Source: Chrysomallon squamiferum
Taxonomy: Eukaryota > Animalia > Mollusca
Assembly (NCBI GenBank): GCA_012295275.1
Contig: CM022671.1
Span: 5,022,001-5,086,000, forward strand
DNA length: 64,000 nt
Reading direction: 5' to 3'
Made by a program: the position numbers and the translations under genes. Under the pieces are notes generated by a model. The model was not told the DNA's origin. It searched no databases and saw only the letters and a list, made by a program, of their open reading frames with translations. Shown in pieces: positions 47,501-63,014 of this stretch. How positions within the stretch are numbered: position 1 is the first letter of the stretch; the number at the start of each line of letters is the position of its first letter.

Positions 47501-50500
47501 TTATTCTTAAAGCATTAGGTGTAGCTTTTGGATCTGTTGTACATAGTTCTGAACAAAAATGTTAGTTTACTTAAACATTAAAAAGAAATTTTCTTTTACT
47601 TTGTATGTAAATCAGTTAACTATGACTGTATTTGATAAAATTAAAATATTTCAATTAATATATATAACAAAATTATTCTAAATTTTGTTTGTTTATTTTA
47701 TGTTTTTCAACTCCTTTCTGACATTTCACATCTCTGCAATATAAAATACAAAACAGTTTTGGGAAGTCATAAAAAAATTAAAAATCCCAGGATCAATATA
47801 TGAGAAATCATAGAAACAACCTTCATTTATCATTGAAAGCACTGCCCAGTAATAATTTATCAACAGGTATCTTAATGTAAAAAATGTTATTCGTCACTAA
47901 AGTTTGTCAATGGATTGCAGAATTGGATTTTCTTTCTCATATATCACTGTTATCTTTAAAAAGAAATGTGTTGAGATGCTATTAAACATTTATTCATTCT
48001 CTAATATTTAACATTGTGTTCATTTAACATTTTTTGTAAAGTTATTGTTGGTTAATGGAATAGATGACTCTGTTATCAACACCATTGAACCTCCTCAGAA
48101 AACCCCAAAACAAAGACAAAAATAAGAAACAACTACAAAAACAACAAAAAATCTCCTAAAAAAGGAAAAAAACATAAACAGAAAGTGTCACTAAACAAAA
48201 ATCTGTAAAAACGAAATGCTGTAGTAAAAGTGTGAAGTATTTTCTATTTGTTTTGTTGTTTAATAAACATTGTATGTTTACACATTGCTACATCCATTTA
48301 TAGTTACAGAAAAGTGCTGGCATAAAATGTTTATTTTTGTTTTGTTACATTTTTTTCTAATGGATTTTGTTAACTATTTTGTTGGACACTTTATTCTTTT
48401 ACAAATCATGAATATTGTTATTGCTATTGTATTTTGTTTTATTTCATTATAAATGTATTAATATTGTCGTTATAATTGTTTTTGTCTTATTTTTACTTAA
48501 ACTTGGTTTGTTCAGTAAAGAATGTGTGAGTTAAAGAGGTAGAATTTATTTTTAATCATTCAGCTTTAAAACATTTGTCTTTATCACTTGTAAAATGTTT
48601 GAATTTTCAAAAGTTAGTAAGTCACTTCCACCTGAAGTCGTAACTCCAGTATTTCAGTAATAAAAAGGACAAAATTTGAAATATTGCAGAAAGATTCTTT
48701 CTTATAAAAACAACTGAAGTTCAAGGGGGAAAATCCTGAAAACATTCATTACTAAGTGAAATTTTCTGTCTCAAAATCTCTAATATGGAAATAAACTGCA
48801 TAAAAGAATTTAAAAAAAAAAGGTTTCAACCTTACGGAACTTTCTGGCTACACCAGCAATTGAAAGGTGTTCTGTCTAGGCTCTTTTGTAATGTATGTTT
48901 TAAAATTTATACTTACCTGCAATGAAAAGGAAGATTACATTTTGTATATACTAGTGATGGGCAGTAGCATCAAAAAATTAATGTGTTTCAGGATCAATTC
49001 CCATCAGTGAATACAATGGGGAATATACCATTGCAGACAGTCCCACATGAATGAATATTTTATAGTTGATTAGCCCTTAATGTTGTGATAGTACCCTTCC
49101 CTTCTAACATAATAAAGGAATATTAGACACCATTTAACAATTTTAAAATTGCTATACATTAAATATATTCTAGCTGACAACTGCATTTCAGTTAGTCAGA
49201 AGCAACAAAGTAAGTAATAATCCTATTATTGGTAGTACAAGTATTAAAAACTGAATTAAAATATAAACAATAGTTTAAAAAATTAAAACAACTAAATATG
49301 ATATGCTAAAACCTATAAGCCTTCCCAGTCAAACAAACAACAACAAAGGTGGTATATAAAAATATTAGTTACTTTTATTTAATACTAATATGAATTTAAA
49401 AAAACAAACAAAAAGAAAACAACACACTGTACTGTGCATTAACAATTTCACCTACAGTTTAAATCAACAAGTTGGTATTCTAATAAGCTCACCAGTAATT
49501 CAAAACTGTTTCCATAATCTATTACATGATAATGCCACACACATTACAAGCAGGTTTTAAAAATTCATTTTAATTAGTATCCAGCAACCACATGTTTACA
49601 TATTCTTATCTTTCCTGGTTACTGAAGTTCACATAATTACATACAGCATAATATTTTACCAGTCTTTTCCAAACTCTGTTCAATGATTTATATTTAAAAA
49701 TAAATACAAATAATCTCAATTATAAACAACAATGATATGAATTTTCACATCTAACAAGATACACACATAATATATCCTTTTAATATATTAAATTAATTCA
49801 TAAAGAGTAACTGCAGTTGCAGCAACAAAATCCATCTTTTAGCCTATTTCAGCAATACAATTACACATGATCCCAACTCAGTAACAGCCTTTAAAGAAAA
49901 TATGATCTGTAAAGCATTCAATCATGTATATATATATACACACATACATTGTCACCTTTTACCATTTTTCCATTAAAATTAGTATCATTAATAATGTACT
50001 TAAATACAAACACATCAACGACAATAAATATTCTGTAGATTATAAACTGGAACAAAATCTCAACTTTCTGTATAGAGTTCATCACTTATTAATATACAAG
50101 TCTGGAATACTAATAAAATTGGATGAAAATTGGATTTGCAAGTACATTTATTCACAAAACAATAATATTATGACCATCATTTTTACAGATATGTAAAACA
50201 AGAAAGCCAGTTTGCAAATGAGACTACATTAAAGTGAATAAATATATTTGTAATGTCAATTCTAGGTTTTTCTTTTAGAAAAATACAAAAAAGCAGAAAA
50301 AAAAAAAAAAGATAAATAAATATGTTAAAAAAAAATCTTATATTATACTTATACTGGATACCTATACAGTACTACTTATACTGTTAATGTGATGCTCAGA
50401 CATATAAATAAATATTTTTTTTTTTTTCATATTAAACAGTTTTAAAAAAAACATCTTAGGCCTTTTATATTATATACTTATACTGGATACCTATTATATT

Positions 50501-51094
50501 CTTTGCATTTTAGTAGATACTATATGTGCATCTTTTCAAACCTAGTTATCTATAAATGTCTGATAAAACCAAAACAATATAATTTCTTTAAATTAATTAT
50601 AAATTTCAGTAAAATTAAATAAAAACATTTAATATAAATACTAATATACAATTTATTTAAAAATTGAAATTCCAATAATAAAATAAAAAAGAAAATAAAT
50701 CTAATAAAAAATAAAACAGAAAATAAATCTAATAAAAAATAATAAAAAATAAAATAATAATAATAAAAACAATTATCAGATTGTCACTCAAAAAACAATT
50801 TATTTAAATTAGTCTTAATTGAATACATCAACTTCAAAAATATTAACATCTTTGTTTCTCCAATATCTGATTAAAACAATATTACATAGCAAGTCCTTAT
50901 TAATTTTATTTCTTCTGTATGCACCAATGTAAAACAAGAGCCAGTAGTTTATAAATGATCAACAACACATTACAAACAGCTGACAATACATTACTAATAG
51001 TTCACAAAAAATCATCAGTACATTACAAACAAGTGCCAATCATAACAAATACATTACAAACAATCACCAGGGAAAATTTTAGCCAATTACTGAT

Positions 51095-54000
51095 TCAGGT
51101 GCCATCTGAATCAGAATCTGCAGATTGGTGTGATTCTTTATTATCAGTTTTTTCTAGATTAATGTGGTCATTGCCAGACATCAACTGCCTCAGTACAAGA
51201 CGTTTGTAAACTCCGTTCTTTGCCAGAAGTTCTTCATGAGTTCCCTGTTCAGCTATTGAGCCTTTGTCAATAACAATCACCTAGACAGAAACAGAAAACG
51301 AATTAATGTGTGAATTTTTCTAATAACTATTTACCAACAAAGTTTAAGCTTTTGAACCCAAGCAATTAAAATTTTAACCAAAAAAATTTAAAATATTAAT
51401 CTTTGATAGAAGTAGTCAATAGCTAAAAATTGTGAACCAATGAAAACATGACACACTGGAGATTCTGTTATAAAAAAAATGTACTGTGACCATTCATGTG
51501 CTACTTATAGGTCCAGTGACAGTCAAAATTGTGACCACTGCACTGGTCACTAAAGGTTTCCATTCAATCATTGATGACAATTATTAGAACAAAAACACTC
51601 TTCCAGTTGGCAGCATGGATCAATTAAAAACCCCATCCCATATACAGGAAAACATGTACTATAACATTTGATAAAGCACTTAATTAGTTTATTTAAATTT
51701 ATTAGATTATTACAGTAATAAAAATGTATAGCTCAATAAATTACTGTGTATAAAATAAATTATACTGTGTAAAACAACTGTATAAAAAAAAAAAAAACTT
51801 TTATGTACTATTCCAAATAAAAATAAATGTAAAAACTGCACTAAAATCCAAAGTGGTTATTTCAGTTTTTATAAATCAAATTAGTTATTTAAATACCTGA
51901 GAAGCATTTCTGACAGTTGAAAGTCGATGAGCAATAACTATAACTGTACGACCTTTCATTGCACGGTCTACTGCCTCCTGTACTAAATGTTCACTCTCTG
52001 CATCTAAAGCACTGGTTGCCTGGAAATAAACATTTTATTTTAGTACAATCAAAATAATTAATAGTTTTTTTTAATATTTCAAAACAATGAATTAAAGGAT
52101 GGTACAATAAAAAATAAAATTAAAAAATGTATATTAAACTTGTATTTAAATATATATAAAAAAAAATGTTTGCAGTTTACCCAGCACAAAAATTGTGGGT
52201 ACAGAAAACAATTCAAACAGGTATGATATGGTTTGATTTAGTTCAGTTTACCTAATTTTAAAGGGAATAGTTTATAAAATGACAATTCATGATTATAGTA
52301 AATATATTATATCAAGGACAATTACTGTTTATCAGATTTGAAACTTAAAACAGTAGACAACACAGGGAAAATTCAGATGGAATCATCATTTCTTAACAGC
52401 CACTAATTATTATAAACTTAAAACTTCAGATGACACAATCTTCAATTAACAAATATTTAAGACATAAAATAGTTATTCTTTTAGAACATCACCATCTAGA
52501 AAGTGGAATATTAGGGCTGAAAGTAAGCTCATATGTTATGTTGAAACATCATGCCAATGGCACCAAAGGGTTAAAGAAAGTCACCTCATCAAGTAACAAC
52601 AAGACAGGATCCATGATAAGTGCCCGGGCAATAGCAATTCTCTGTTTCTGACCTCCAGACAAACGGACACCTCTTTCTCCAACCATTGTGTCATAGCCTT
52701 GTTCAAAACCCATAATAAAATCATCAGCATTTGCTTGTTTGGCTGCTTCTTTTACCTGTATTTAATAATAATAATAATAATAAATATAATAATAATAATA
52801 ATAATAATAATGAAATTAGTAATAGAAGTAGTAATAACATAATGAAATAAAATTAACAACAGCAACACAAACACCACTAAATGTATCATCTATAAAAATA
52901 ATATGTAGTGGTTGTGTTTCCAACAATAAAATAATACATGCTGAAATGATGTCATCTAACATGGCATCTCTCCTGTATGTAAAATGTAACAATCAAAACA
53001 GTCATCTGTTAATGTAAGTTCCATGAAACACAAGTTGATCTTGCCTCATTTTAGTATAATGTTTCTAATATACATCATTAATATGAATATAATCATGATA
53101 TTGTTTTATCTGACATTCTGTCTCTCCAAAATACTAATATAACTGTATAAATGTTGATAATGACTCATATAATTTTTGTTTTTCCCACATGCCAGTAATT
53201 TGACAACATAAATGCTGATACAGCTTTTTCTAAAACAGTGTCCCTTTCACAGTAATATGACTGTAATAAAATAAATGTTACCTCATCTAATGTAGCATCT
53301 CTTCCATATGCTATGTTGTCTTTGATGGAGCAGGCAAACAGTGTCGGTTCCTGGCTTACCATGGAAATTTTTCGACGAAACCATCTTGAATTGAGTTCTT
53401 TTACATCATGGCCAGCTTAAATATAAAATCACAAAATCATACTATTTTTCTTTTACAGAGATTAAAATACATTTTAAAATAAACATACAGTTTTTGGTAT
53501 TCCTTTGTCAATTCTTTGTCAATTCACAGATTTCTTTTACTTTTTTGTTTTTCTGAATTAAACTAAATAAGGATGTCACCAAACGATAAACCAATCATGG
53601 ATGTCAGAAACGTAATTAAGCAGAATTAATTAATCCATCATCTCTTTTAAAACTTCAGTTTATTTCCCAGAAAGAGAAATAAAACATATTTAGTTCAGAG
53701 ACAGGATTATATGAATTACTTAATAATCGTCATTTTATAAAAATAGAATTTTCAAGCTGAATGTAAAATATTTCTACTAAAATAAAGATATTAACTTAGT
53801 TAATTCTGCTGTGTAATACCTAATAAAATGGTTCCTGAGTCTGGATCATAAAATCTTTCTATCAGATTGACAATTGTAGACTTCCCACCACCTGATGGAC
53901 CCACTAGAGCCACCATTTGACCTGGTTTCACTGAAAAACTGACATTCTGAAAACAGATATAACATTTGATAGATAGAAAGATGTCTCTCTCTCTCTCTCA

Positions 54001-55522
54001 TTAAAGTTTATAACAATCGATCTTTTGAAAAATATTTTTATTTAGGATGTAAAAGAAAAAGTAAAAAATTATGTTATTGTTTTTGGTTAATTACTGGATA
54101 TGTGAAAAATGATTAACTGAAATTATTGTTAAATTTAAAGCTGAGGTAATTAAACAGAAAATATAATATATATATATTACATATGTTTTGTAAATGTTGC
54201 CAGCTATTTAAATCATTACTATAAAAATAACTCTACCAAGGAGATTCCAACAACAAAACCTATACCAAATGGTACATGCATTGAAAAGTACGTACATAAA
54301 ATTGAAGAGATAATTATGTAAAAGAAAAAAGTTTTAATTCAGGAATCACATTACAATGAAAGGCAAAAATACTTACTGTAAGAACTTGTCTTTCTGGTCT
54401 TGATGGGTATGTAAAACATACATTCTTAAACTCAACATCTGAAAAAGAAAAACAATATGTAAATTTTGTTAAATAAACTCATCCATTTAAATTAAAACAA
54501 AAGCATTAAATAATAGTTGAACCAATAACAACAGTAGCAGCAATACCAGAGCAGTGGTAGTTGTCATACCAGTATCAGAAGAATATTTTATGGGAATTAT
54601 AATAAAATAAATAATATCATAACATTTTACAACAAAGAGAAACAATTCTGAAAAGAGTTTTCATTGCTAAGACAACGATATGCTATCCTGTTTAACATAA
54701 TTTATGATAATTAGATGTGCCTGTCCTCTACTCACCTCCTGATAAATGTGGCAGAATGAGAGGTTTGTCACTCTCCTTCATCTCAGGCTTTCTGTCAAGC
54801 AGAGTAAAAATCCTCAGTGACGCACCGACAGCCTGAAACACAACTCTGAATAAGTATTTCTCTACTTACATACATTTATCTTTTTTTTTTCTGTTGTTTA
54901 TCACTGGCTATTATATTTATTTATATTATTTTCGTTCTTTTAGATATTTATTAAAATTGTGTGGCATTTTTGTTTGACTTAGTTTTAATTTAAAAAAAAA
55001 TAAAAAAAATAAAAAATGTCTAACAATAATAATAAAAAATAAAAAAAAAAAAAAATAAAGAACTTGCTTGCAGCTATAAAAGAATAATTTATAAAATAAA
55101 AAAAATAAAAAACTTAAATCATGATGATTATTCTAACAAAAAACAATTACAGACAAAAAAAATACATATAAAAATAAATAAGAAGATAATATATATTTAT
55201 TCTTAAATATATATTTAAAATTTGGAAATGAAAATGAAAGTACCTGCATGAAATCTCCATACACTGATGAAAGCATGCCAAATGCCACAGCAACCTGAAG
55301 TGTGTACAGCAAGAAAGCTGAAAAATACAAATTAATTAAAACTAACATATTATGTTACAGTTTTATGTTCATAATTCAAAATGTTTACATCAACAAACCA
55401 AATTAGGATGTATTTACAAAAATGCAAGCCAAGACAAATTATGTGTACTAACACACCAACAGAGGATGTATGTACAAAGGTACTCAATGATAGATTATAA
55501 TGTAATAACAAACCAAATTAGG

Positions 55523-55554
<32 letters not shown>

Positions 55555-58531
55555 TTGAAAGCCAACACAGATTATGTGTGATAACAAACCAAGTTAGGAG
55601 CATGTACAAACCTGTAAGGACTCCTGAAGTGATGCCATTTTTAGGGTTTTGTGTGTTTTCATAAACTAACTTCCCACCATACCACAGAACAACACCTATA
55701 GCACCTGCAGCTACAAACCCAACACCTCCATTAAACACACCTGCAAAATACAAAATTTACACCTGCAAGATGTAAGATGAATCTCTTTTTTTTTTTTATT
55801 AAAAAAACAAGTTCAGGACAACAATTAACAATTTTCTGAAAAAATTCTACCAGTTTAGTTTTTTTTGTATGATTTCTAAAATTCAGTTTTAGACATAAAA
55901 ATTCTTTAAACTCAAAAATCAACAACATACCATTTTCTGAATTAACATTTCGACTCACCCTGAGCTGCTGCCAGTTTTTTGCCGGCTTTGTAACTTCTCT
56001 CAATGTCCTTGTCATACAGATCCATTGTTTTTGTCTCAGCCGAGAACATGCGAACAGTGCGAAGACTTGACAGAGACTCCTCAGCCTGTGTTCCTGCATC
56101 AGCCAGACAGTCTTGAAATCTCTTACGTAGCTTCTTCACAAATTTACCTGCAAGTAACATACATTCAAAACTGTGTGAAGCTTATTATTATACGAACATT
56201 AAAATAAATGAACTAACAAACAAATGTCAGGAAAAAAAGATAAACAAACCAACAAACAAATAATAATAAAAAAAAAAATTTATGAAAAATAAATAAATAA
56301 ATAAATAAATAAGTAAATAAACAATTAAAATATTAACAATTAAAAAAAAAATAAAAATAAATAATACAAAATATAAATAAATAATAAAAAGAAATTTGAT
56401 ATTCATTAGGATTAGCAATTATTATGTGAAACCTTTTATTTTATAAAATAAAATTATGAGCCTTTGATGAAGTTCAATAAACTAAAGAATAAATGAATTA
56501 AGATTTATGACACAACAATATATTTAAGAATTAATGTTATTAATTCAACATTATGAATAATGAAATGTATCATTAATGACCAAATCTTACATTCACATAA
56601 GATATTCTTAATTACATGTCAAGAAAAATAGAAAGTTAATTAATTCAGCTTATGAAATAATGTATTCATAACTATATATTAACCTTATATGTTATCTAGT
56701 TTAACAAATCAACTAGTAAGATAATATATTCCTAATGACATACTACAGATCTGATAAATTTAATGATAGCCTTAATGCAAATATTATCTTTTCTATTGTT
56801 CATATAATGTAAATATATTCCAAATAACAAGTCACAGCTTGCAATCTAATTAAATGCAACCAAATATATTAAAATAAATTCTAACAACTTAAACAAACAC
56901 TTCTGTTCTTTCTTTTATTATTTTTAATTCTATTTTTCATTTAACATATATGTAATTGCTTGCACTAAATTTTAATTAAATTGCATTACAAAAGTTTGTT
57001 GTATTCATAATTTATTCTTAACTATTTGTCATAGCTTACAGTAAAAACAAAAGTAATAATATTCATTCATGTGAGACTAAACTGATTATTCGTGCATAAC
57101 TAAATTCATTATTCAAGCATGTTCAAGTAGCATAAATTTCGACTGACAAAAATGTTTTCTATTTTTTTTTTTTTTAATTACATTATTATTGAAAAAAAAG
57201 TATTCCTTTTTGATGTTACCTGTCCTAATATTTATCATATATGCAAATATTTTTATAGATGAATTCATTCTTTTTCAATTTAATTGTCTGGAAGACATTA
57301 TTTCTAAAATGATATCTAAAAAAAATTATAAATAAGAAGCAACATTTAGCAATATTTCAAAAACTATTTATATGTTCACAGTTTTTATGGTAAACTTGTA
57401 TATTATTTTCAAAATCGTTTGTATATATTTTAAACACTGATAACTGCATGTTATAAAATAAGGATGAAAAATGAGATGGTACAGTACCATACTGAACTGC
57501 TCCTAGCGACACAACTGGTACAACAGCCAGAAGAACACCTGTTAAGGCTGGGTTCAGGTAAAACATGAAAACAAGGGATCCAAAAATTTGTAGAGTAAAC
57601 CTCAGTAACATTGATAGATTGAGCTGTAAAATAAAGAAAATATTAAAATAAATAAACAAATAAAATAAAAAAATTAATAAACTAGTAACACAATAAAAAA
57701 AATAAAAAAATCAGAAAAACAAATAAAATTATTACAATAAACAAAAAGATAAATTTAACACTGAAAAAAAAATAAAGATAAAGTAAACATGAAAATATTA
57801 AAATAAATAATCAAATAAATAAAAATCTGAAATGCAAATTCAATTAAAAATATTAAAACTAAACTGATTATTTTTATCTAACTATGTATAAGAACATAAT
57901 AATGAAAAGCAAAAACAATTTTAAAATATAATAGTAAAAATTCAAACTAAAATAACAATAAAAATTGCTACCAAACACCCTAACTTTTTTCACATTATAC
58001 AAAAAAACATATAAGCTACAAAATTAAATAATTATTAATAATAAACAGACATAAAATTATATAAGTAAAAAAATTCAAATTGATTACTAAGAATAATATA
58101 ACTAATATATAATGAAGAAAAACTAAAATAATAAAATAAAATAAACAAATAAGTAAAAATAAAGAAGAACCTTTTTTATTCAAGAAGTAAAAGAAAAACA
58201 TAAAAGATTCATACAAAGAGAGATAACTCACTGTTATGGCACTCTGTAAGACTTGTGTGTCTGAAGAAAGTCTATTACATAGCTCACCAGTTCTGAAATA
58301 TTTTAAATAACAAATATCATTCATTCTACATGAAGTTGGTTGGAATTATCTCCCATTACACATTTTTTTTAAAGTGGTGGTTAGTTTTGGTAATTTCAAG
58401 ATTTATAGAGTTCACACTCTATTTCATGATTATGAAATGAAATTACTATATCAAAATTACTAACAAAAGAACTTTAAAAAAAATAAATGAATAATTAATA
58501 CAAGTACAGAACAAACTTAAATAGGAAACTA

Positions 58532-58567
<36 letters not shown>

Positions 58568-58848
58568 CTGTTTGTGTCAAAGAAAGCCACTTCTTGTTTT
58601 ATGATAGAAGCATAAAGTTGCTTTCGTAGTCTTGCAACCAGCCTCTGTCCAGCTAAAACAAATATCCAGGAACGTATCATGGAGGCGACAGCACCCACAA
58701 TGTATATACAGACCAGAATCAAAACTGTCATGTCCAGTTCATCTGAAAATTATTGATACAGTTTGATAACAATAATAAATTATCTGTTCTGAGTATAATT
58801 AGAAACTTTTAATTTTAATAATCTTAATAAAAATACAAATACAAAAAT

Positions 58849-58883
<35 letters not shown>

Positions 58884-60524
58884 TAATTAATTAATTTTTC
58901 TTTTTAAATATAAAAATAATAAACAATAACAATAATAAAATAAAATCTGTTGCAAAAGCAAGTTTGAATTCAGGATCATTTTATTTTATATCCACTGTAA
59001 TGTATTTCTCATATATAAATATTCCAAAACAAATGACTGCCAGATTCCTGATAAAAATACCCAATACTATTGAAAACAACCAATAATAATGAAAGCTGAT
59101 TAACAAATAAAATGAGAATATTCAGTAAACATGCTCACCCATGCTCTTCTGAGCAGCATCTACGACTTTGCCAAAAAACAACGGTGCCACCATCTGAGAG
59201 CCACTTGAGCCCAGCAAGGCAACTGCAGCAATTGTCAGAATACCAAATTCCTAAAAATAAATTTTAATTATCTAAATATTATCTAGAAAAAAAAAAATAA
59301 ATAATAAAAAGTAAATCAGCAATAATAATGATGATGATAATAATACTTTTGAAAATTAGGCAAACATAACTATAAATCTAATATATATATATATATATAT
59401 ATATTTTTATAGACAAAATAATAATAATGTGTTTAAATACCGGTTTAGCTAATGCTGCAAGTCGAATTAAACCAACTTTCTTCACAATAGGCTTCCCATC
59501 CTCCCCAATTTCCTGTCCAACAGAATTCAGACGATGAATGCGTCGAATGGCTGAAATCTTTTTTAAAGCTACGAAACTCCACAGTGACAAAAGTCATCTC
59601 AATGACAGAAAAACAGAATGCGCTTATTACAAGTGCATTGTAAGTCACATGCATCATTGTGTATGACGAGTCATTAAGATATGCATTTAAAATAAGCCCT
59701 CCTTTTGCGGCAGAAAAGGCCAGAAATGCTAAAGATAAAACTATCACAGTAAATCGTAAAAGTCTGGAATGAATCTGTAGATCTTTCCGGAAAGGTCTGT
59801 CCACTAAATGGTAACACATATCTTCCAGAACTGAGTACAGTGGAACTAGAATGATTATTTTTAGTGCAGCCATGAGAGCCAGGTCAAACACTGATTCAGT
59901 TAGATGGAAGTGTACAATGTTGTCCACAAAATACTTTGATGATCCACCTTACAAAGATCAAATATAAATATTAAGTATCATATGTGTATTATTTTTAAAA
60001 CAGAAAAAACCCCACTAAAACTAAATGTTAATAAAATGTGTTAAACATAACATGAGAATATTTTAGAAATTATAATCATTTAAAATTTTAATATAATTAT
60101 AATTACATTAAAATAGGTAAATTAAATATATTTTATAAACACATTTAAGATATGAGTACTTTTAAAATGAAATTACATATTATCACATTAATATATTTGT
60201 TCATTCAATAAATACATTAGAGATATGAGACCCTTTATTAAATATGTTACTTTATTATTAGTCAAGAATATTAGCCTATTATTTAAAGGCTAATATATAT
60301 ATATATGCTATCAATCACCCACCTGTTAGCCACAAAATTGCAGAAAGAAGTCCATCTATAAAGAAGAAAAATTTCACGATGTTGGTGTAGCGTACTGCTG
60401 GTAGCGTGTAGTATGTCCGTCTCTTCTTTGTGGATGGACCAGGGACAACATCTCTGTCTGCCTCTCCATTCAACAACAGATTAGTCGTACTACATTCAAC
60501 ATCTGTCTTTACATCAGTCGCCAT
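51095..60524 (-). CDS. ABCB-subfamily half transporter (TAP/ABCB9/ABCB10-related) with extra N-terminal membrane domain, about 827 aa if one +1 frame break in exon 2 is corrected
   Basis: 16 coding exons: 60524-60323, 59947-59441, 59250-59139, 58742-58568, 58292-58232, 57623-57488, 56147-55959, 55740-55612, 55317-55244, 54832-54736, 54438-54377, 53946-53820, 53415-53282, 52755-52585, 52019-51897 and 51280-51095. Motifs: [18 protein letters not shown], Walker [11 protein letters not shown]-loop VSQEPTLF, signature [14 protein letters not shown], Walker B LLLLDEATSALD, H-loop IAHRLST. Strong Kozak CACCATGG. The total of 2485 nt is 3n+1. Confidence 0.9.
55392..55610. repeat. About 115-bp degenerate tandem duplication in an ABCB intron
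   Basis: AACAAACCAAATTAGGAT..AAGCCAA.ACA.ATTATGTGT..TAACA.ACCAA..AGGA..ATGTACAAA is present twice. Confidence 0.75.
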
Positions 60525-61242
60525 GGTGACAAGAGTTTAGGTGCAAATGGTTTCAAAACCTAATTAATAAAATAATTTTGTTAAAAGGTCAAATAAATAA
60601 ATAAATAAAAATAAAATTAAATAAAATAATTAAAATAAATTATAAATAAACAAATAAATAAATAGACAAATAAACAGATATATAAATAAATTTAAATAAA
60701 TAAAATAAATTAAAGTCAAAATAACATTATAGAATGAATGATTAAAGGTTTAACATATTCAAAACCACTTCAGTACAGAAGACTGCAACTTAATTAAAAC
60801 ATTGTATATTTATAATAATGTATTACAAGACTAAAATACTAATACATCTCCATGACCTCCAGTTACCAATTAGCAACATGAAAAATGTTTTACACCTTCC
60901 CATCGATTGTAAATATATTAGCATGATTTTATGGCACTAACTGGACTAAAAAACAGACTAATAGCAGCACAGAAGTGGACTGATTTATGGCTTTTCAAAA
61001 AGAGCTTCTGTGCTCTGGTTGGAATGAGCAATTACTGTGTGTGCACATTGTTAATTAGTCCTGTGTCCCAGCATACCTCAAAGCACTAACTACTAAGCTG
61101 TCTCATATATTGATGTTTTCTGATGTATTTCATGTTTGTATTGTTACTGTTGAAGTTTAGACAAACAATATTTAAATAAATTTATTGAAGTTCAAAGAAA
61201 TACAGATATTTAACGTACTAATGATGTAATAAGAGTGGCAGA

Positions 61243-61312
<70 letters not shown>

Positions 61313-61525
61313 TATAAATAAAAATAAAAATCCAGTATAAAAATAACATAATCGTAATAACATATTTATAACAATAACTAAAATAAGAAAAATGTTTGCT
61401 TCTATTTTAACCTGCCAAACCACTGAATTGGGCAAAAAATTAAATAAAATGCACATTGTTTATACATTTATGCTGCCAGCTGTGTCAAAATAGACTATAT
61501 GTAATTTATATATAAATTATACATG

Positions 61526-61577
<52 letters not shown>

Positions 61578-62911
61578 AAATATTCATAATCAGCGAAACA
61601 AACAATTTTCAAATGCAGATTTGATGCAGTGTTAATTAATAATACAAATTTATTATATTTATGCAACAAAATGAATGTAAAAACAATACTACAATATCAT
61701 TAAAAATATGATCATTTCACCTTAATGATCCGATAAAACAATGCCCGATTGAACTTTATTCCGACTGGAAATCGATGCGAAAGCTACTATGATACTATCA
61801 GTTTAAAATAATAATAATAATATAAAACAGGCCTGGCGGCAATGACTCGGCATAATTTTCTAGTTGTCACACACTTATCAAACATAAATACCTATTAGTC
61901 AGTGCTTCAGTTAGGCGGATGGCATTCGCAATCGGGTTTGTTTTTTACATCATACTTTGTTCGTTCAAAGAACCGCTACAGCACAGCCGTCTGTCAAAAA
62001 CAGTACGTCACGTTCTCATAAAAGAGTGCAACGGTGTTCGCGCAATTATCTACCCGTGTCGGAATGTCTTAAATTTTTGTACTTGTATATCCGTATAAAA
62101 CGACGAAAATTAATAGCTTTTAATGAAAATCTAAAAATTGCAAATTATTTAACAGTTATTAGATTATTTTTGCGTATCAACGGTACAAGTTGTAACAAAG
62201 ACACGCCGAATATAGCTTTCTGTTACTGTTCATTTTAAATAAAAATTGTTCGGTCTTCTTGTATTAACTGCTTGTCAAAAATTTGGTCGTGCTTTTTGCC
62301 AGCATTTTAATACGAACTGACTATGATACATAATCCATTAAGAGTCCGTTTATATTTAATCAACCACACCATAATATAGTACGCAGGTGTCTACAGATAC
62401 AAATTTCAATTGGTTAACAAATATTGATATCAAATTTTATCAAACTAAACGAATTAAAGCATTATGACAGATTTTATAAGACGGCTTGCCTGATGTTATT
62501 TATTTTACTTTCCATTATACTTTATATAACCGCATACATAATTTATTAAATATACCTTATCATCTCTGAAAAAAAAAATCATTAAATGTCAGCGGTTAGT
62601 TCCTGATTCATAATCTTCACAAGAGCCACTGGAATAAATTATTCTGTACAAACATAAAGAAAATATGGGTCAAAAATGTTCTCGGATATATTAAGACTGA
62701 ATAATGAATGAATATGCATGTCCAAAAAATCTGTCCACAGTGATATATATAAAACTGTAGAAAGGATTTTATTTCAAATTTCATATATACCCCCCCCAAA
62801 AAAGCAACCAAAAACCCCACCACCACCAACAACAACAGCAAAAAGCACCAAAAAACCCAACAAACCTTGGTATTAATTTCTCTGCTCCCCCCTTTTTTTT
62901 TTTTTTTTTAC

Positions 62912-63014
<103 letters not shown>

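Noticed and set aside
51000-51097. TGA stop of the ABCB gene as a readthrough or selenocysteine site
   Set aside because: The context is TGA-A rather than TGA-CTAG, the protein is already complete, and no SECIS was recognised.
61957-62238. 93-aa ORF in a CpG-retaining region upstream of the ABCB gene
   Set aside because: It has a non-ATG start and no recognisable domain; more likely promoter or first-exon sequence.
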